Of a stretch of 64,000 bases of DNA, positions 1 through 12,000 are shown piece after piece. Under the pieces are notes generated by a model. The model saw nothing but the letters and a program-made list of their open reading frames with translations, was not told the DNA's origin and made no database searches. The DNA is taken from positions 1,984,001 to 2,048,000 of the forward strand of contig OZ242326.1 of NCBI GenBank assembly GCA_965208325.1, written 5' to 3'. Source of the DNA: Candidatus Poribacteria bacterium. GTDB lineage: Bacteria > Poribacteria > WGA-4E > PCPOR2b. The number at the start of each line of letters is the position of its first letter. The first letter of the stretch is position 1. Made by a program: the position numbers and the translations under genes.

Positions 1-1
1 A

Positions 2-799
2 CTCACATGGAAGTCCTTGAACGTCGACACACGGCAACCGCTTGTCGGCGTGCATTTTCCCAGCCTTGACCCAAAATGGGGATGGGCCATGCAACGGGAC
101 GGCACGGTGTACTACACGACGGACGGTACGAAATGGACTGCGGGTTCAACGCCCACACGGCCGGGTTTATTCGAAGAGGATCCGCCGCAGTCGTTTGCCA
201 TCAACGATGTTGCGTTTGGTGAATTTTCGCAAGGCTGGGCGTCTGGCAACGAAGGGCAGATAATTCACAATCAAGACGGCGGGCCCATCTGGACGCAACA
301 ACGAACATCTACCGCGAATGACCTTTTAGGCATTAATATGAATTATGCGCCGCTTGGATGGGCGGTCGGGCGGGATGGCATCGTGCAAAGAACAATTAAC
401 GGCGGCGGCTACTGGAAATACCATGAAACGGATACAGGCTACGATTTGCACGATGTGTCGTTCATTACCAAACGGAAAGGTTGGGCTGTCGGACGCTACG
501 GCATGATTCTGCGAACGACCGGCGGCGGCTTTAGTTGGGAGCCCTTGTCGAGCGGTGTCACAACAGATTTATACAGTGTGATAGCGCTGACCGAGCAGCG
601 GATTTATGCCGTGGGCGCCAAAGGGACGATCCTCCACTCGACCGACGGCGGCGACACATGGGTACAGGAGCATACCGACATCAGCAACGACCTGTACCGT
701 ATCGCCCGATCGAAGACAGGAAACACCCTCTGGGTCGTTGGACAGTGGGGCGTCGTGCTACGGCGAACGATTGAACAGCCAAAGATGTCAATGCGGTAG
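2..799 (+). CDS. YCF48/BNR-repeat beta-propeller protein, 5'-truncated by window edge
   Basis: Repeated GWAVGxxGxIxxTxxGGxxW motifs; frame is open back to position 2. Confidence 0.85.
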   Translation, partial: LTWKSLNVDTRQPLVGVHFPSLDPKWGWAMQRDGTVYYTTDGTKWTAGSTPTRPGLFEEDPPQSFAINDVAFGEFSQGWASGNEGQIIHNQDGGPIWTQQRTSTANDLLGINMNYAPLGWAVGRDGIVQRTINGGGYWKYHETDTGYDLHDVSFITKRKGWAVGRYGMILRTTGGGFSWEPLSSGVTTDLYSVIALTEQRIYAVGAKGTILHSTDGGDTWVQEHTDISNDLYRIARSKTGNTLWVVGQWGVVLRRTIEQPKMSMR

Positions 800-973
800 T
801 TCCATGCATATTGGCGCGTTAACGCATAAGTGTATATTTTTTCGCGGACACAGTTTTACAGAGGTTAAAAATCCGCAAAAGGGCGAACTTTATCTATGTT
901 TGCTTGTCTAAAGGGAGAAGATGAAGCCAAAGAATTTGAATTCCCAAAACCCTAACGAAAAGGAGAGTTTTCC

Positions 974-1480
974 GTGTTAAACAGAATGAACACCGCAGAA
1001 TCCCGATTCTCGAAGTGGTTTTTGTTAGTTGCCATGTTAGCAGTTACGACGGTTATCGTGTTTATGACAAACCAGATTACGCAAGCCCAACGACCCGATC
1101 GGAGCGAAATGCGCGATAGACGCGGCGGCGGCATGCGGGGTGCAAGAGGCGGCGGTGGATTTTCCCCGACTTCTTTGATTGACAGTTCCTGGTCTGATTT
1201 GACATTTGTCGTCAAAGTTGACAATGAGACGCTAATCAAAGCCCGCCCGGTGTATCAGAAATCTCGAGACTCGCTTGAGAAAGCCATGAAGGAGGCGCGC
1301 AACACGGGTGACCGCGGTTCGATGCGAGCTGCCATGATGGAGGTTAGGACATCGTTTGAGTCCGATTTGAAAGAGATATTGACTGAAGAGCAGTCCGCAA
1401 AGCTTGATGAATTGCAGCAGAAGCGGATGGAGCGGATGAGAGGCGGACGGCCCGGCGGTAGGGGACGGGGTCAGCAGTAG
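974..1480 (+). CDS. Exported helical protein with Arg/Gly/Met-rich segments (weakly Spy/CpxP-like)
   Basis: AAGGAG RBS at 961; N-terminal hydrophobic segment; ILTEEQ motif. Confidence 0.7.
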   Translation: MLNRMNTAESRFSKWFLLVAMLAVTTVIVFMTNQITQAQRPDRSEMRDRRGGGMRGARGGGGFSPTSLIDSSWSDLTFVVKVDNETLIKARPVYQKSRDSLEKAMKEARNTGDRGSMRAAMMEVRTSFESDLKEILTEEQSAKLDELQQKRMERMRGGRPGGRGRGQQ

Positions 1481-1519
1481 TTAGGTATACGGCGTGTGCG
1501 GTAGGTGAAGGAAGATTAC

Positions 1520-1570
1520 GGCACACGGAGTGTGCCTACTACTATATGCGGGGCAAGTTGCCCCGCGTAC
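1520..1570. repeat. Paired REP-like palindromes GGCACACGGAGTGTGCCTAC and GCGGGGCAAGTTGCCCCGC
   Basis: Inverted repeats; related pairs recur at 17509 and 18133. Confidence 0.8.
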
Positions 1571-1624
1571 GGTAAGGGGCGGGGCGCGATGCCGCGGTTA
1601 CGGTAGGTGGGGGCAGATTTTGTA

Positions 1625-3625
1625 ATGAGAAAAAAGACGGTAATAATTTGTATTGTTGTGGTGGGAATTATCGGAGTTGGCGGCTATTTGCTTTACGATA
1701 GGCTATTCTCGTCTACCAAAGAAGAGCCGAACAATTCCGGAATGCCTGAATTAAGAACCGCTACGGTTGAACGCGGCGATATTGATGTCGTGATTGATGC
1801 GACGGGAACAATTGAACCACTGAACATTGTGGAGGTGAGTTCTAAGGCGAGCGGCAAGATTCTTTCTCTGTCTGTAGAGGAAGGAGACGCCGTTGAAAAA
1901 GACGACGTGATTGCGCGTATCGAAACCACCTATGTTGCGGTTGACCTTGAGCAGGCGGAAGCTGACCTTCGCGCCTCACAGGCAAGACTGAAGCAAGCCG
2001 AAATCAATATCCAACTGCAGAAAGACCAGTCGCAAATTCAGATTAAACAGGCTGAAGAAAAACTCGCTGAATCCAAAAAGCAGCTAGAGCAGCTCAGCGA
2101 GCAGATTCGCATCGAAAAAGAGAAGACGAATAAGCGTCAGGTGGCTGATGCGGAAAACAACCTTAAGATTGCCTCCTTGCGGTTCAAATTGCTGACTTCA
2201 GAGACGGTTCGCGCGGAAGAGATAAACCGCGCAAACGCGGCGGTTCACCAGGCGGAGGCGAGCCGGGACCTGGCAAAGAAGGAATACGAACGGAAGAAAG
2301 GTCTCTTTGAAAAGAACCTCATATCCCAATCAGAGCTGGATGCCGCCGAAACCCAACTGCAATCCGCCGAGGCGCAACATCAGTCTGCTGTCGAGCAAGC
2401 GAAATTAGTCAAACAACCAGCCAGCGAAGCGGAGTTAAAGCTAGCGCAGGCAGAGATAGACAAAGCAAAGTTCGCCCTAGATGCGGCGTTAGAGCAGATT
2501 GAGAAACAGCCGTACCGCGACATGGAGATTGATATTCAAAACAACCGCGTCGAACAGGCGAAGGAATCGTTGAACCTCGCTGTTGCAAACAAAGCTCAAA
2601 TTAGCGTCAAGGAAAAGGAGCTTGAGAACGCCCAAGCGCAGGTCAAACGCAGTGAAGGGCAGTTACAACTCGCGCGGGAGCAGATGAGCGACACGGAAAT
2701 CAGAGCGCCGATTTCCGGAACCGTCCTGGAAAAAAGGGTTGAGGAGGGCCAAATTATCTTCTCCAGCTTCGGGGGCGGCAGCCGATCCTCGTTCGGCACG
2801 TCTGAAGGGCAGGTGATTGTAACCATGGCAGACCTGTCACGGGTTTACGTGGTCACGGAAGTCGACGAGACCGACATCGGCAAGGTGAGGGTTGGGCAGC
2901 CGGCGAAGATTACCGTGGAAGCCTATCCCGATCAGCCGTTTGAAGGCGAGATACTTCGGATTTCGCCGCAAGGGCAGGTAGTGCAAAATGTGACCACCTT
3001 TAACGTGATTAGTGAAATAAAAAATACCAGGGCTCAGCGGCGCGGAAGATTCGGACGCGGCGCCGGCGGATTTAATCCGGAACAGCGTGAGCAATTCCGA
3101 CAGATGCGAGGGCAGCGCGACGAAACCGATGCCGCCGAAGCTTCCCGCACCGAAAACAGAGGTGCGGATAGTTCCGATGATGTAGATCCGTGGATGGCGA
3201 TGATGGATAGTTTTATGGGCGACCAGCCTTCCCCGACAGGCGCGGCTGAACAAGATGTTCAGGTCGAAGCGCCGTTCTTGAAACCCGGCATGAACGCAAC
3301 GGTGCAAATTTCTGCGGCAAGCAGGCGAGCCGTATTGGTATTGCCCAATGAGGCTATTATTTCATTTGGCAACCGTAAGATGATACGTCCCATCAGCGAA
3401 GATGGGCAGCCGGGACGCCCGCAACCCGTTGTTACCGGTGCCGCGAGTTTTGACACGACGGAAGTCGTCTCCGGCGTGGAAGAAGGGCAGCGTGTCGCCA
3501 TCGGGGGCGGACGACCTAGCGGTAGTGACGCAGATATGCAGCGATTCCGCAGAATGATGCAGAATCCCGCGTCTACGATGCGCCGTATGGGCGGCGGATT
3601 TGGCGGCCGAGGGAGAGGGCGGTGA
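1625..3625 (+). CDS. MacA/HlyD-family efflux periplasmic adaptor with long coiled coil
   Basis: N-terminal TM; VEVSSKASGKI and IRAPISGTV lipoyl halves; VDETDIGKVRVGQ; LKPGMNATV. Confidence 0.9.
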   Translation: MRKKTVIICIVVVGIIGVGGYLLYDRLFSSTKEEPNNSGMPELRTATVERGDIDVVIDATGTIEPLNIVEVSSKASGKILSLSVEEGDAVEKDDVIARIETTYVAVDLEQAEADLRASQARLKQAEINIQLQKDQSQIQIKQAEEKLAESKKQLEQLSEQIRIEKEKTNKRQVADAENNLKIASLRFKLLTSETVRAEEINRANAAVHQAEASRDLAKKEYERKKGLFEKNLISQSELDAAETQLQSAEAQHQSAVEQAKLVKQPASEAELKLAQAEIDKAKFALDAALEQIEKQPYRDMEIDIQNNRVEQAKESLNLAVANKAQISVKEKELENAQAQVKRSEGQLQLAREQMSDTEIRAPISGTVLEKRVEEGQIIFSSFGGGSRSSFGTSEGQVIVTMADLSRVYVVTEVDETDIGKVRVGQPAKITVEAYPDQPFEGEILRISPQGQVVQNVTTFNVISEIKNTRAQRRGRFGRGAGGFNPEQREQFRQMRGQRDETDAAEASRTENRGADSSDDVDPWMAMMDSFMGDQPSPTGAAEQDVQVEAPFLKPGMNATVQISAASRRAVLVLPNEAIISFGNRKMIRPISEDGQPGRPQPVVTGAASFDTTEVVSGVEEGQRVAIGGGRPSGSDADMQRFRRMMQNPASTMRRMGGGFGGRGRGR

Positions 3626-3770
3626 GTGCGCCGTGCGGGACAAGGATTTTTCAAGGCCGAATGGTCTCGCGCCGAGACCTAGAACGAAAATCTTATCAGA
3701 TAACGCAAAACAGTGCGTGATGCGAATAACCGGCGAATTTCACACATGCCAACACTCATAGAGAAAAAAA

Positions 3771-4985
3771 GTGGGACTTCTTGAAGGCTTAAGCAACGCA
3801 GTGCGCAGTCTGTTCGCCAACAAACTCAGGTCTGCGCTGACCATGCTCGGGGTCATTATCGGTGTGGCTGCGATTATGACGACCACCGCGATTGGCGAGG
3901 GCGCAAAAGCCGACATCACGGAACGGATTCAAACATTGGGTGCGAATATTCTCAGCATTCGGCCCGGACAGACCCGGTTCCGCGGACGCAGCTTCGGCGA
4001 AAGCCAGCGAACGTTGACGTACAAGGATGTTGAGGTGCTGGAAGGCCGTATGACAAATGCGCTTCATGTTTCGCCCCGGTTGAACCAACGCACACAAGCG
4101 AAATACTTGAACCGCAACACGAACACAACCGTAGTCGGGTCAACACCCGCGTTTCAGTATACCGAAAATTTTCCCGTTGCGACCGGCTCGTTTTTCACCG
4201 ATAACGATGTTCGCCGGCGGCAGCGGGTGTGCGTGCTCGGAAAATCGGTCGCCGATGAACTATTTGCTGAAAACGCCGATCCGATTGGGAAAACCGTTAA
4301 AATCAAGGGGCACAACTTCTATGTGCTCGGTGTGCTGAAGGAGAAAGGTGCGTCCGGTTTCCGCAATCCGGACGACCAGATAATTATTCCCGTGAGTACG
4401 GCAATGAAACGGGTTTTCGGAACCGAATACCTGTCGAGTATCAGTGTGCAAGCCGCTAGCAGCGAAGCCATGGATCCGGCGCAGGCTGAAATCGAAAATT
4501 TGCTGCGAAAACAACATAAGCTGTCCGCCAACAAACCGCTCGACTTTCACGTGCGCAACCAAGCTATGTTCTTGGAGACGCTGGAGGAATCCGGGCAGAC
4601 CTTCACCTATATGATTCTCGGTATTGCCATAGTCTCGCTGGTTGTGGGCGGCATCGGGATTATGAACATTATGCTGGTCTCCGTAACGGAGCGTACAAAG
4701 GAAATTGGTTTGCGGAAGGCGGTGGGCGCTAAACGCCGGGACATCCTGGGCCAGTTCTTAATAGAGTCCACCGCGCTCTCGGTAATCGGCGGATTGATTG
4801 GTATTGGCGTGGGCGTGTTTTGCGCCAAGATGGTGCCATCTTTGTGGGAGTGGCGGACGATTATTTCGCCGATTTACACGGGGTTAGCGTTCTTTGTTGC
4901 GGGTTGGATCGGAATTTTTTTCGGCGCTTATCCGGCATGGAAAGCCGCCAAGCTGTCTCCGATTGATGCGTTGAGGCACGAGTGA
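3771..4985 (+). CDS. MacB/FtsX-like ABC transporter permease
   Basis: NKLRSALTMLGVIIGV; GGIGIMNIMLVSVTERTKEIGLRKAVGA; PIDALRHE. Confidence 0.95.
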   Translation: MGLLEGLSNAVRSLFANKLRSALTMLGVIIGVAAIMTTTAIGEGAKADITERIQTLGANILSIRPGQTRFRGRSFGESQRTLTYKDVEVLEGRMTNALHVSPRLNQRTQAKYLNRNTNTTVVGSTPAFQYTENFPVATGSFFTDNDVRRRQRVCVLGKSVADELFAENADPIGKTVKIKGHNFYVLGVLKEKGASGFRNPDDQIIIPVSTAMKRVFGTEYLSSISVQAASSEAMDPAQAEIENLLRKQHKLSANKPLDFHVRNQAMFLETLEESGQTFTYMILGIAIVSLVVGGIGIMNIMLVSVTERTKEIGLRKAVGAKRRDILGQFLIESTALSVIGGLIGIGVGVFCAKMVPSLWEWRTIISPIYTGLAFFVAGWIGIFFGAYPAWKAAKLSPIDALRHE

Positions 4986-5118
4986 GGAGAAAGGAATAAT
5001 GAGTAATGCGTAAGGAGTAAGGAGTAAGGAGAAATGTAGGGGCAGTTCTTGGGTTTGCCAGTTAATTTTTTCTGGTGGGTGGGTTAGCACGGACGCGCTC
5101 GGCTTGGAGGCAAAAAAA

Positions 5119-6249
5119 ATGGGATTGAATTTAGATGTCGAAACGCCTCACATTTTATTGGATTACGAGCGGCTGCAGGCAAACATCCGTTTGATTCAAA
5201 ACATCGCCGACGCGCGCGGTGTCAATCTCCGTCCGCATATCAAAACGCATAAGTGCCTTGAAATTGCGCAGCTTCAGACTAATGCCGGCGCGGCCGGCGT
5301 TACGGCTTCAAAGGTAGACGAGGCGCTGGTTTTTATTGAAAACGGCATTCGTTCCGTCACTGTGGCGTATCCGCTTGTCGTGGCTTCGAAGCTAGACCGC
5401 CTGATTGCCGCTGCGCACGCGCATGACGCCGATCTTCGACTCATCGTTGACAGCCCTGCAGGGGTAAATGCAATCGCTTGTGCGGCGGAGAAACACCAAA
5501 AACAGATTGATGTCTTCTTGAAAATTGATGTGGGGCTGCACCGATGCGGACTCACGGAAGGCGATCCGCATATGGTCGGGCTGGTGCAGAACATCGTGCA
5601 AGAACCCGCTCTGAATTTTGTAGGTCTTTTATCCCATGCGGGACACACTTACGGATCGGAAGACATGGAGTCAGCGCGGAAAATCGCCCAAGAAGAGTGC
5701 GAGATTATGAAGCGAGTGCGTGCGAAACTGGAATGCGCCGGTATTGATGTCGCGGAAGTGTCCGTTGGATCCACACCCGGCACGCTAGCGAGCGATAGCT
5801 ACGACGGCATCACGGAAATTCGACCCGGCAATTACGTCTTTATGGATAGGATGCCGCTGCGCCTCAAGCTCATCGAGCCAAACCAGATTGCGCTCTCCGT
5901 GCTGGCAACGGTCGTGAGCCGAAACGCCGACTACTTTATTATTGACGCCGGATCGAAAACCTTGAGTTCCGATAAAGGCGCACACGGTATGGCGGGGATG
6001 GAAGGATTCGGGCTCGCGTATCCCGCGGATCTGTTCGAAGACAAAGATTACGAAATGATTGTCGCCAAACTATCGGAAGAACATGGATTCGTAACCAGGA
6101 AGGGTTTAGATTTGGAGATTGGCGCACAACTTCGAATCGTGCCAAACCACGCATGTGTCGTAGCAAACCTACTAGACACTTATGCGGTGCTAAAAGACGG
6201 ACACATCACCGAGCAGTGGGACATCGCAGCGCGTGGTTGTGTGCATTAG
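5119..6249 (+). CDS. PLP-dependent fold-type III enzyme, D-serine dehydratase/D-threonine aldolase family
   Basis: LRPHIKTHK, EIRPGNYVF, DAGSK, SEEHG, PNHAC; GGAGG RBS before ATG 5119. Confidence 0.9.
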   Translation: MGLNLDVETPHILLDYERLQANIRLIQNIADARGVNLRPHIKTHKCLEIAQLQTNAGAAGVTASKVDEALVFIENGIRSVTVAYPLVVASKLDRLIAAAHAHDADLRLIVDSPAGVNAIACAAEKHQKQIDVFLKIDVGLHRCGLTEGDPHMVGLVQNIVQEPALNFVGLLSHAGHTYGSEDMESARKIAQEECEIMKRVRAKLECAGIDVAEVSVGSTPGTLASDSYDGITEIRPGNYVFMDRMPLRLKLIEPNQIALSVLATVVSRNADYFIIDAGSKTLSSDKGAHGMAGMEGFGLAYPADLFEDKDYEMIVAKLSEEHGFVTRKGLDLEIGAQLRIVPNHACVVANLLDTYAVLKDGHITEQWDIAARGCVH

Positions 6250-6288
6250 CAAACGGTGATAGTGGACGATACACTTGTGTATGGGGGG

Positions 6289-6840
6289 ATTCAGAGCCGT
6301 TCCAGCCCGCAATGGAATTCCGAGAAGAAACTGTGGGAATGGTGGTATTTCGGCCGGCATTTGTACTAGGCGGTCTCCGATGACGGGGAGCATTGGAAAA
6401 AGCCGGCCATGGGGTTGTACGAATTCGGCGGTTCAAGGGACAACAACATCGCATTCGACCCGGAAAATATGGGGCAGGGAATCCCTTTTCACGTTGTGCG
6501 CGACTAGACCGATCCGGATCCGCGGCGCCGTTACAAAGGACTGTTCAACGCTAACGGCCGCCGCCTCGCCGTGTCCCCGGACGGATTTGACTGGAGGCTC
6601 CACGACTCGCCGCCCATCCCCTGCCAAGACGAGTCCCAGTTTACGCATGACATCGAGTCGAGCCAGTTTCTAGCAATGGTCAAGTTGAGTACGGAATGGG
6701 GACGTTCCGTTTGGCTCTCCACCAGTTCCGATTTTAATTCCTTCACCGAACCCCAGCTAATCTTTCACACCGACGAAATTGACCAGGAGAACGGAAGCCG
6801 GCGAGTCCGGAAAATATTCGAAGACCCGGCTTCGGGGTGA
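6289..6840 (+). pseudogene. Remnant of a beta-propeller glycoside-hydrolase-like gene
   Basis: One frame reads WEWWY..Y*AVSDDGEHWKKP..RD*TDPDPRRRYKG..AVSPDGFDW, with TAG at 6367 and 6505; no start codon; 3' end runs into the repeat array. Confidence 0.75.
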
Positions 6841-8830
6841 CGGCACTCGGCGTGGACCTGCTACTTTGAGCGCGGCAAGATGCCGCGCCTACGGTAAGGG
6901 GAAAGGGGACGCGACTACGACAGGGGGTAAAGGGGATTGACGCCGTGACTACGATGGGGGTAAAGGGTTAGAGCCGCAAATACAGTCGGTAAATGCGGGG
7001 AAGGAAGCAACGGATACGGGGTGACGGAACACGGAGTGGGCATGCTACTTTAAGCGCGGCAAGATGCCGCGCCCACGGTAAAGGTAAAGGGGAAAGAGGC
7101 CGTGACTGCAGTAGGGATATGCGGGGGAACAAGCAACGGATACGGGGTGACGGCACACGGCGTGGGCATGCTACTTTGAGCGCGGCAAGATGCCGCGCCT
7201 ACTACAGGGGGTAAAGGGGAAAGACGCCGTGACTACGATAAGGGTAATAGGGAAAGATGCCGCGGATACGACGTGACGGAACACGGAGTGGGCATGCTAC
7301 TTTGAGCGCGGCAAGATGCCGCGCCTACAATAAAGGTAAAGGGGAAAGAGGCCGTGACAACGATGGGGGTAAAGCGGATAGAGGATGCGACTACGACAGG
7401 GGGTAAAGCGGAAAAAGCCGTGACTACGAGGGGGATAAAAGGGAATAAGGCAACGGATACGGTGTGACGGCATACGGGGTGGGAATGTTACTTTGAGCGC
7501 GGCAAGATGCCGCGCCTACGGTAAGGAGAAAGACGCCGTGACTACGAGGGGGGTAAAGGGGAAAGACGCCGCGACTACGATAAGGGTAATAGGGAAAGAT
7601 GCCGCGGATACAGTAGGGATATGCGGGGAGGAAGCAACGGATACGGTGTGACGGCATACGGGGTGGGAATGTTACTTTGAGCGCGGCAAGATGCCGCGCC
7701 TACAATAAAGGTAAAGGGGAAAGACGCCGCGACTACGATAAGGGTAATAGGGAAAGATGCCGCGGATACAGTAGGGATATACGGGGAGGAAGCAACGGAT
7801 ACGACGTGACGGAACACGGAGTGGGCATGCTACTTTAAGCGCGGCAAGATGCCGCGCCTACGGTATAGGTGAAGGGGAAAGAAGCCGCGACTACGACAGG
7901 GGGTAAAGGGGGAAGAGGACGCGAATACAGTAGGAATATCCAGAGGAAAAGGCAACGGCTACGACGAGACGGCACACGGAGTGGGCATGCTACTTTAAGC
8001 GCGGCAAGATGCCGCGCCTACGAGGGGGGTAAAGGGGAAAGATGCCGTGACTACGACAGGGGGTAAAGGGGGAAGAGGACGCGAATACAGTAGGAATATC
8101 CAGGGGAAAAGGCAACGGCTGCGCCGTTGCGGCACACGGAGTGGGAATTCTATTTTGAGCGCGGCAAGATGCCGCGCCTACGGTAAGGTAAAGGGGAAAG
8201 ACGCCGTGACAACGATGGGGGTAAAGCGGATAGAGGATGCGACTACGACAGGGGGTAAAGGGGATAGAGGACGCGAATACAGTAGGTTAATGCGGGGGAA
8301 GAAGCAACGGATACGACGTGACGGCACACGGCGTGGGCATGCTACTCTGAGCGCGGCAAGATGCCGCGACTACGGTAAGGGTGAAGGGGAAGAGGACGTG
8401 ACTACGATGGGGGTAAAAGGGAATGAGGACGCGACTACGGTTAGGGTAAAGGGGAAAGACACCGTGACTACGATGGAGGTATAGGGGAAAGAGGACGCGA
8501 ATACAGTAGGTTAATGCGGGGGAAGAAGCAACGGATACGACGTGACGGCACACGGCGTGGGCATGCTACTTTAAGCGCGGCAAGATGCCGCGCCTACGGT
8601 AAGGGTAAAGGGGAAAGATGCCGCGACTACGAAGAGGGTAAATGGGAAAGAGGACGCGACTGCAGTAGGTAAATGCGGGGGAAGTGGCAACGGATACGGG
8701 GTGACGGCCCACGGAGTGTGAATTCTACTTTGAGCGCGGCAAGATGCCGCGCCTACGGTTAGGGTAAAGGGGAAAGAAGCCGCACCTACGACAGGGGTAA
8801 AGGGGAACGAGGCGCGACGACGGTAGAAAT
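6833..8830. repeat. Purine-rich tandem array with 12 copies of GCGCGGCAAGATGCCGCGCCTAC and ~30-bp sub-repeats
   Basis: Cores counted near 6870, 7054, 7180, 7306, 7497, 7681, 7839, 7999, 8159, 8352, 8575, 8734. Confidence 0.95.
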
Positions 8831-9008
8831 ATGCGAGGGAAGAGGCAAGGCATAGGATAGGCATCTTGGTGTGGATTCGCCAATTCCTCAACCAAACAGA
8901 TGTTTTTGCGTCTAACACAGACTGAATGTACAAGCATATAAACAGCGTTGAGATATGATATCTTCGTAATCCCATGCATCATTTATTGACCTCCAGAGGA
9001 AACAGGTT

Positions 9009-12000
9009 TTGATTTTCAAAGAATTTAAGCGCCATATGGCTGGAAGGATGTCGACCGCAGGGCGTTTTCATATTGTTTTACTTCTATCTGTCCTCCAGCT
9101 GTTGTTTCATCTACCCTTACCGTTTTCCCCGGTACAGCCGCTAGCTTGGGGGCTGGGTTTTGACTCCGAACCGCAGGTCATTGATGACGCAGACGAAGAT
9201 GATGTTTTCAGCCCAAACGGAGACGATGTTCAGGATAAACTGCTAATCAGTTTTGTGACGGATGGCGCTCGAGGGGATTTTCGGATTATTATTGACGTGC
9301 ACGGCGGAGGTGGGATTGGCCCCCCCGACGGCGAATTCGATCCCGACGATGATTGGCTAATCATCGGTGAAATCGGTTCGGGAGCGACCGAAAATGACGC
9401 TCCCAAAGTTATTCGCCAGGAGTGGGACGGTAAAGACCGGTCTCCGGAACAAGAGGGACCGACCACGGCTCGTGCCGTGAGGGACGGAACGTACACGATT
9501 CGCGTCGATATTGATGATTTTCAAGACGGCAGGGTGGACGGGGTATTTGGCCGCCGTGAAACCGAGACCGTAACTGCCACGGTTGACACAACCTCGCCTC
9601 GGGTGACCGTACAGATATCCCTCCGTGAGTTTTCGCCCAATGATGATGGCATCAAAGATTCAACGGAGTTTATTTATTCCCTCTCCGAATCACTCCCTGA
9701 CGATTCGGCGGCGCGTGAGCCGGCACTACAGTTAGAGTTTACCCAACCCAACCGCCCCGCGATTTCTCTGACTATACGCTCAGAAGGAGACCACCCTTAC
9801 AATTGGGAAGGTAATGACGGTTCCGGCATACCGTTGGGCGACGGCACCTACAATCTGCAACTGCGGGGCGTTGACAAAGGCGGTAATATCGGTACTTTCG
9901 AAATTGGAGCGGTAACCATAGACACTGAACCGCCGTCCGTCTTGCAGGTCACTCCGGGCGGCATCACCTTTCAAAACACGCCGATTTCAGTAATTGAGGT
10001 GATAGTCAATCCGGGTGACGGATCCGCCATTGATTTCACTCCGACGGGAACAGATATTACGTTACAAAACGAAACCGGCGACCCGATCGCGGGGAGATTA
10101 AGCCGCAACGATAACCGCCTCACGCTGACTCTCGATACTCCTTTGGACGACATTGAGGAAAATGGAGAATACACGGTCACCGCCGATGTGTTGGACTTGG
10201 CGGGGAACGGCGTTCAGGAAACCGTGAATTTCACATTCGATACAAGCCCGCCGATTGTGACTAGACTTACTGCCAACGGCTTGGACCTAAAACCCGGAAC
10301 AGCGTTCAACACGCCGCTGCAGTTTGTCCAAGCCTTTCTCGCAGATAACATTGCGTTGAATCGCAACGCCTCGACCATCCGCCTGAATGGGCCTAGCGGC
10401 GCAGTCGATGGCGGACAGGGCCCCGTCGGCGAGAATGGTATCCAATTTTGGTTGAGTTTCCCCTTAGAAACCGATGGATCGGATGACGGCACTTACACAC
10501 TCACGGTTGTGCCTGTGGACAGCGCAGCCAACGAAGGTTCACAGCGGCAAATTTCTTTCATTTACGACACCCAACCACCGCAACTCCTCTCACTTAACCC
10601 GATTGAGATGTCGGAACCGCGGACGTTCCGGAACACTCTGATTTCTCAGGTAACCGCCGCCTTTGACGACGGGGATGGCAGCGGCATCAATCTTGATACG
10701 ACGACAATTGAGATGGCACGTCAAGTTGAAGTTGGTGATACCGCCCCGGTAGCAGGTGAGTTGATTCCGAATGTGAACGACAGCACCCTGGTCTTTCGGT
10801 TGAACCAACCGCTGCAAGTCCGCGATGGCAGTCAGGATGGCGCTTATAGGGTTCAGGTCAGCTTTGCTGACAAGGTGGGCAACGCTCAATCAACAGATGC
10901 TGTTCTGATTTTTGACACGCAGGCACCCGTGCTTACCGCGACAACACCGGAGGACAATGCAACGGTTTCATCTCTGTCCGAAGTCACTGTTCGCCTCGAC
11001 GATGCGACGAGCGGGATTGATTTTTCATCCACAACCGTCAGGCTGCTGCATGGGGGGAATGCGGTCAGCGCTGACGCCAGCGATAACGGACAAGATACGG
11101 TGACGCTCTCGTTGGCGAAACCGCTGGCAACCGACGGATCAGACGACGGTGAATACACTATTGAGATTTCGCCCGCCGACCGCGCCGGCAACATTGGAAC
11201 AGTGCGCCACAATCGGTTCTTCTTTGAAACGCGAATCCCGGAGATTCGGCTCAATGTACCCAGCGAGTCCCAAGTCAGCACGTTGGGGACAATCGAGGCG
11301 CAACTGTTGGATTACGTGGGTCCCGGGATTAGTTTCTCCGCTGTTCTGCAAGACGGCGTTTTGCGCCGCGAATCGACAATTCAGGTGATTGGACCGGATG
11401 GCGGCGTTGTTTTACCCAAAGAAATAACTGCCGATTCGGAACATGCACGGTTGATTTGGACGATTGGTACACCTCTTCCGCGCGACGGCTCGGCAGACGG
11501 CGATTACACGGTCAGGGTAAGATATGTAGATATAGCGGACGCTGCTTTTACGGAAGATTTTACCTTTACGTTTGATACACAGATTCCAACCGTCGCAAGT
11601 ACAACACCGGGAGCCGGCGATATCGTTACGGCGTTGAATCAAGTAGTTGTAAAATTCGAGTCGGACGTTAGCGGTGTGGATCTCGGTGCTTCCGAGGTGC
11701 GTCTAATTCAGCCCGATGGTTCGCCAATTTTGTCAAACATATCGAATGACGGGTTCGACACAATTGTATTGCAATTTAATCCGCTGCCGACAGATGGAAC
11801 CGCGGACGGTATTTTCGCGATTGAAGTCACTTCCGCGGATCGGGCAGGGAATGCGGCAGACGCGCCATTGCGGTTTGAATTTACGTACGCGACGCAAACT
11901 CCGGAGATTCGACTGAATTCCCCCAGCGAAACTCACATCAGCAACTTGACTACCGTTGAGGCGCAACTGTTGGGTTACACCGGTCCCGGCATCAATTTCT

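Noticed and set aside
5010..5031. Heptamer repeat GTAAGGA x3
   Set aside because: Short intergenic microsatellite with no supportable function.
6367..6507. TAG recoding (pyrrolysine or alternative code) in the hydrolase remnant
   Set aside because: Many intact genes here end in TAG, no pyl genes are present, and the frame is also truncated.
6833..8830. CRISPR array
   Set aside because: Intervening sequences are homologous to each other and 100-200 bp long, not unique spacers; no cas genes. The same applies to the 24k, 31k and 48k arrays.
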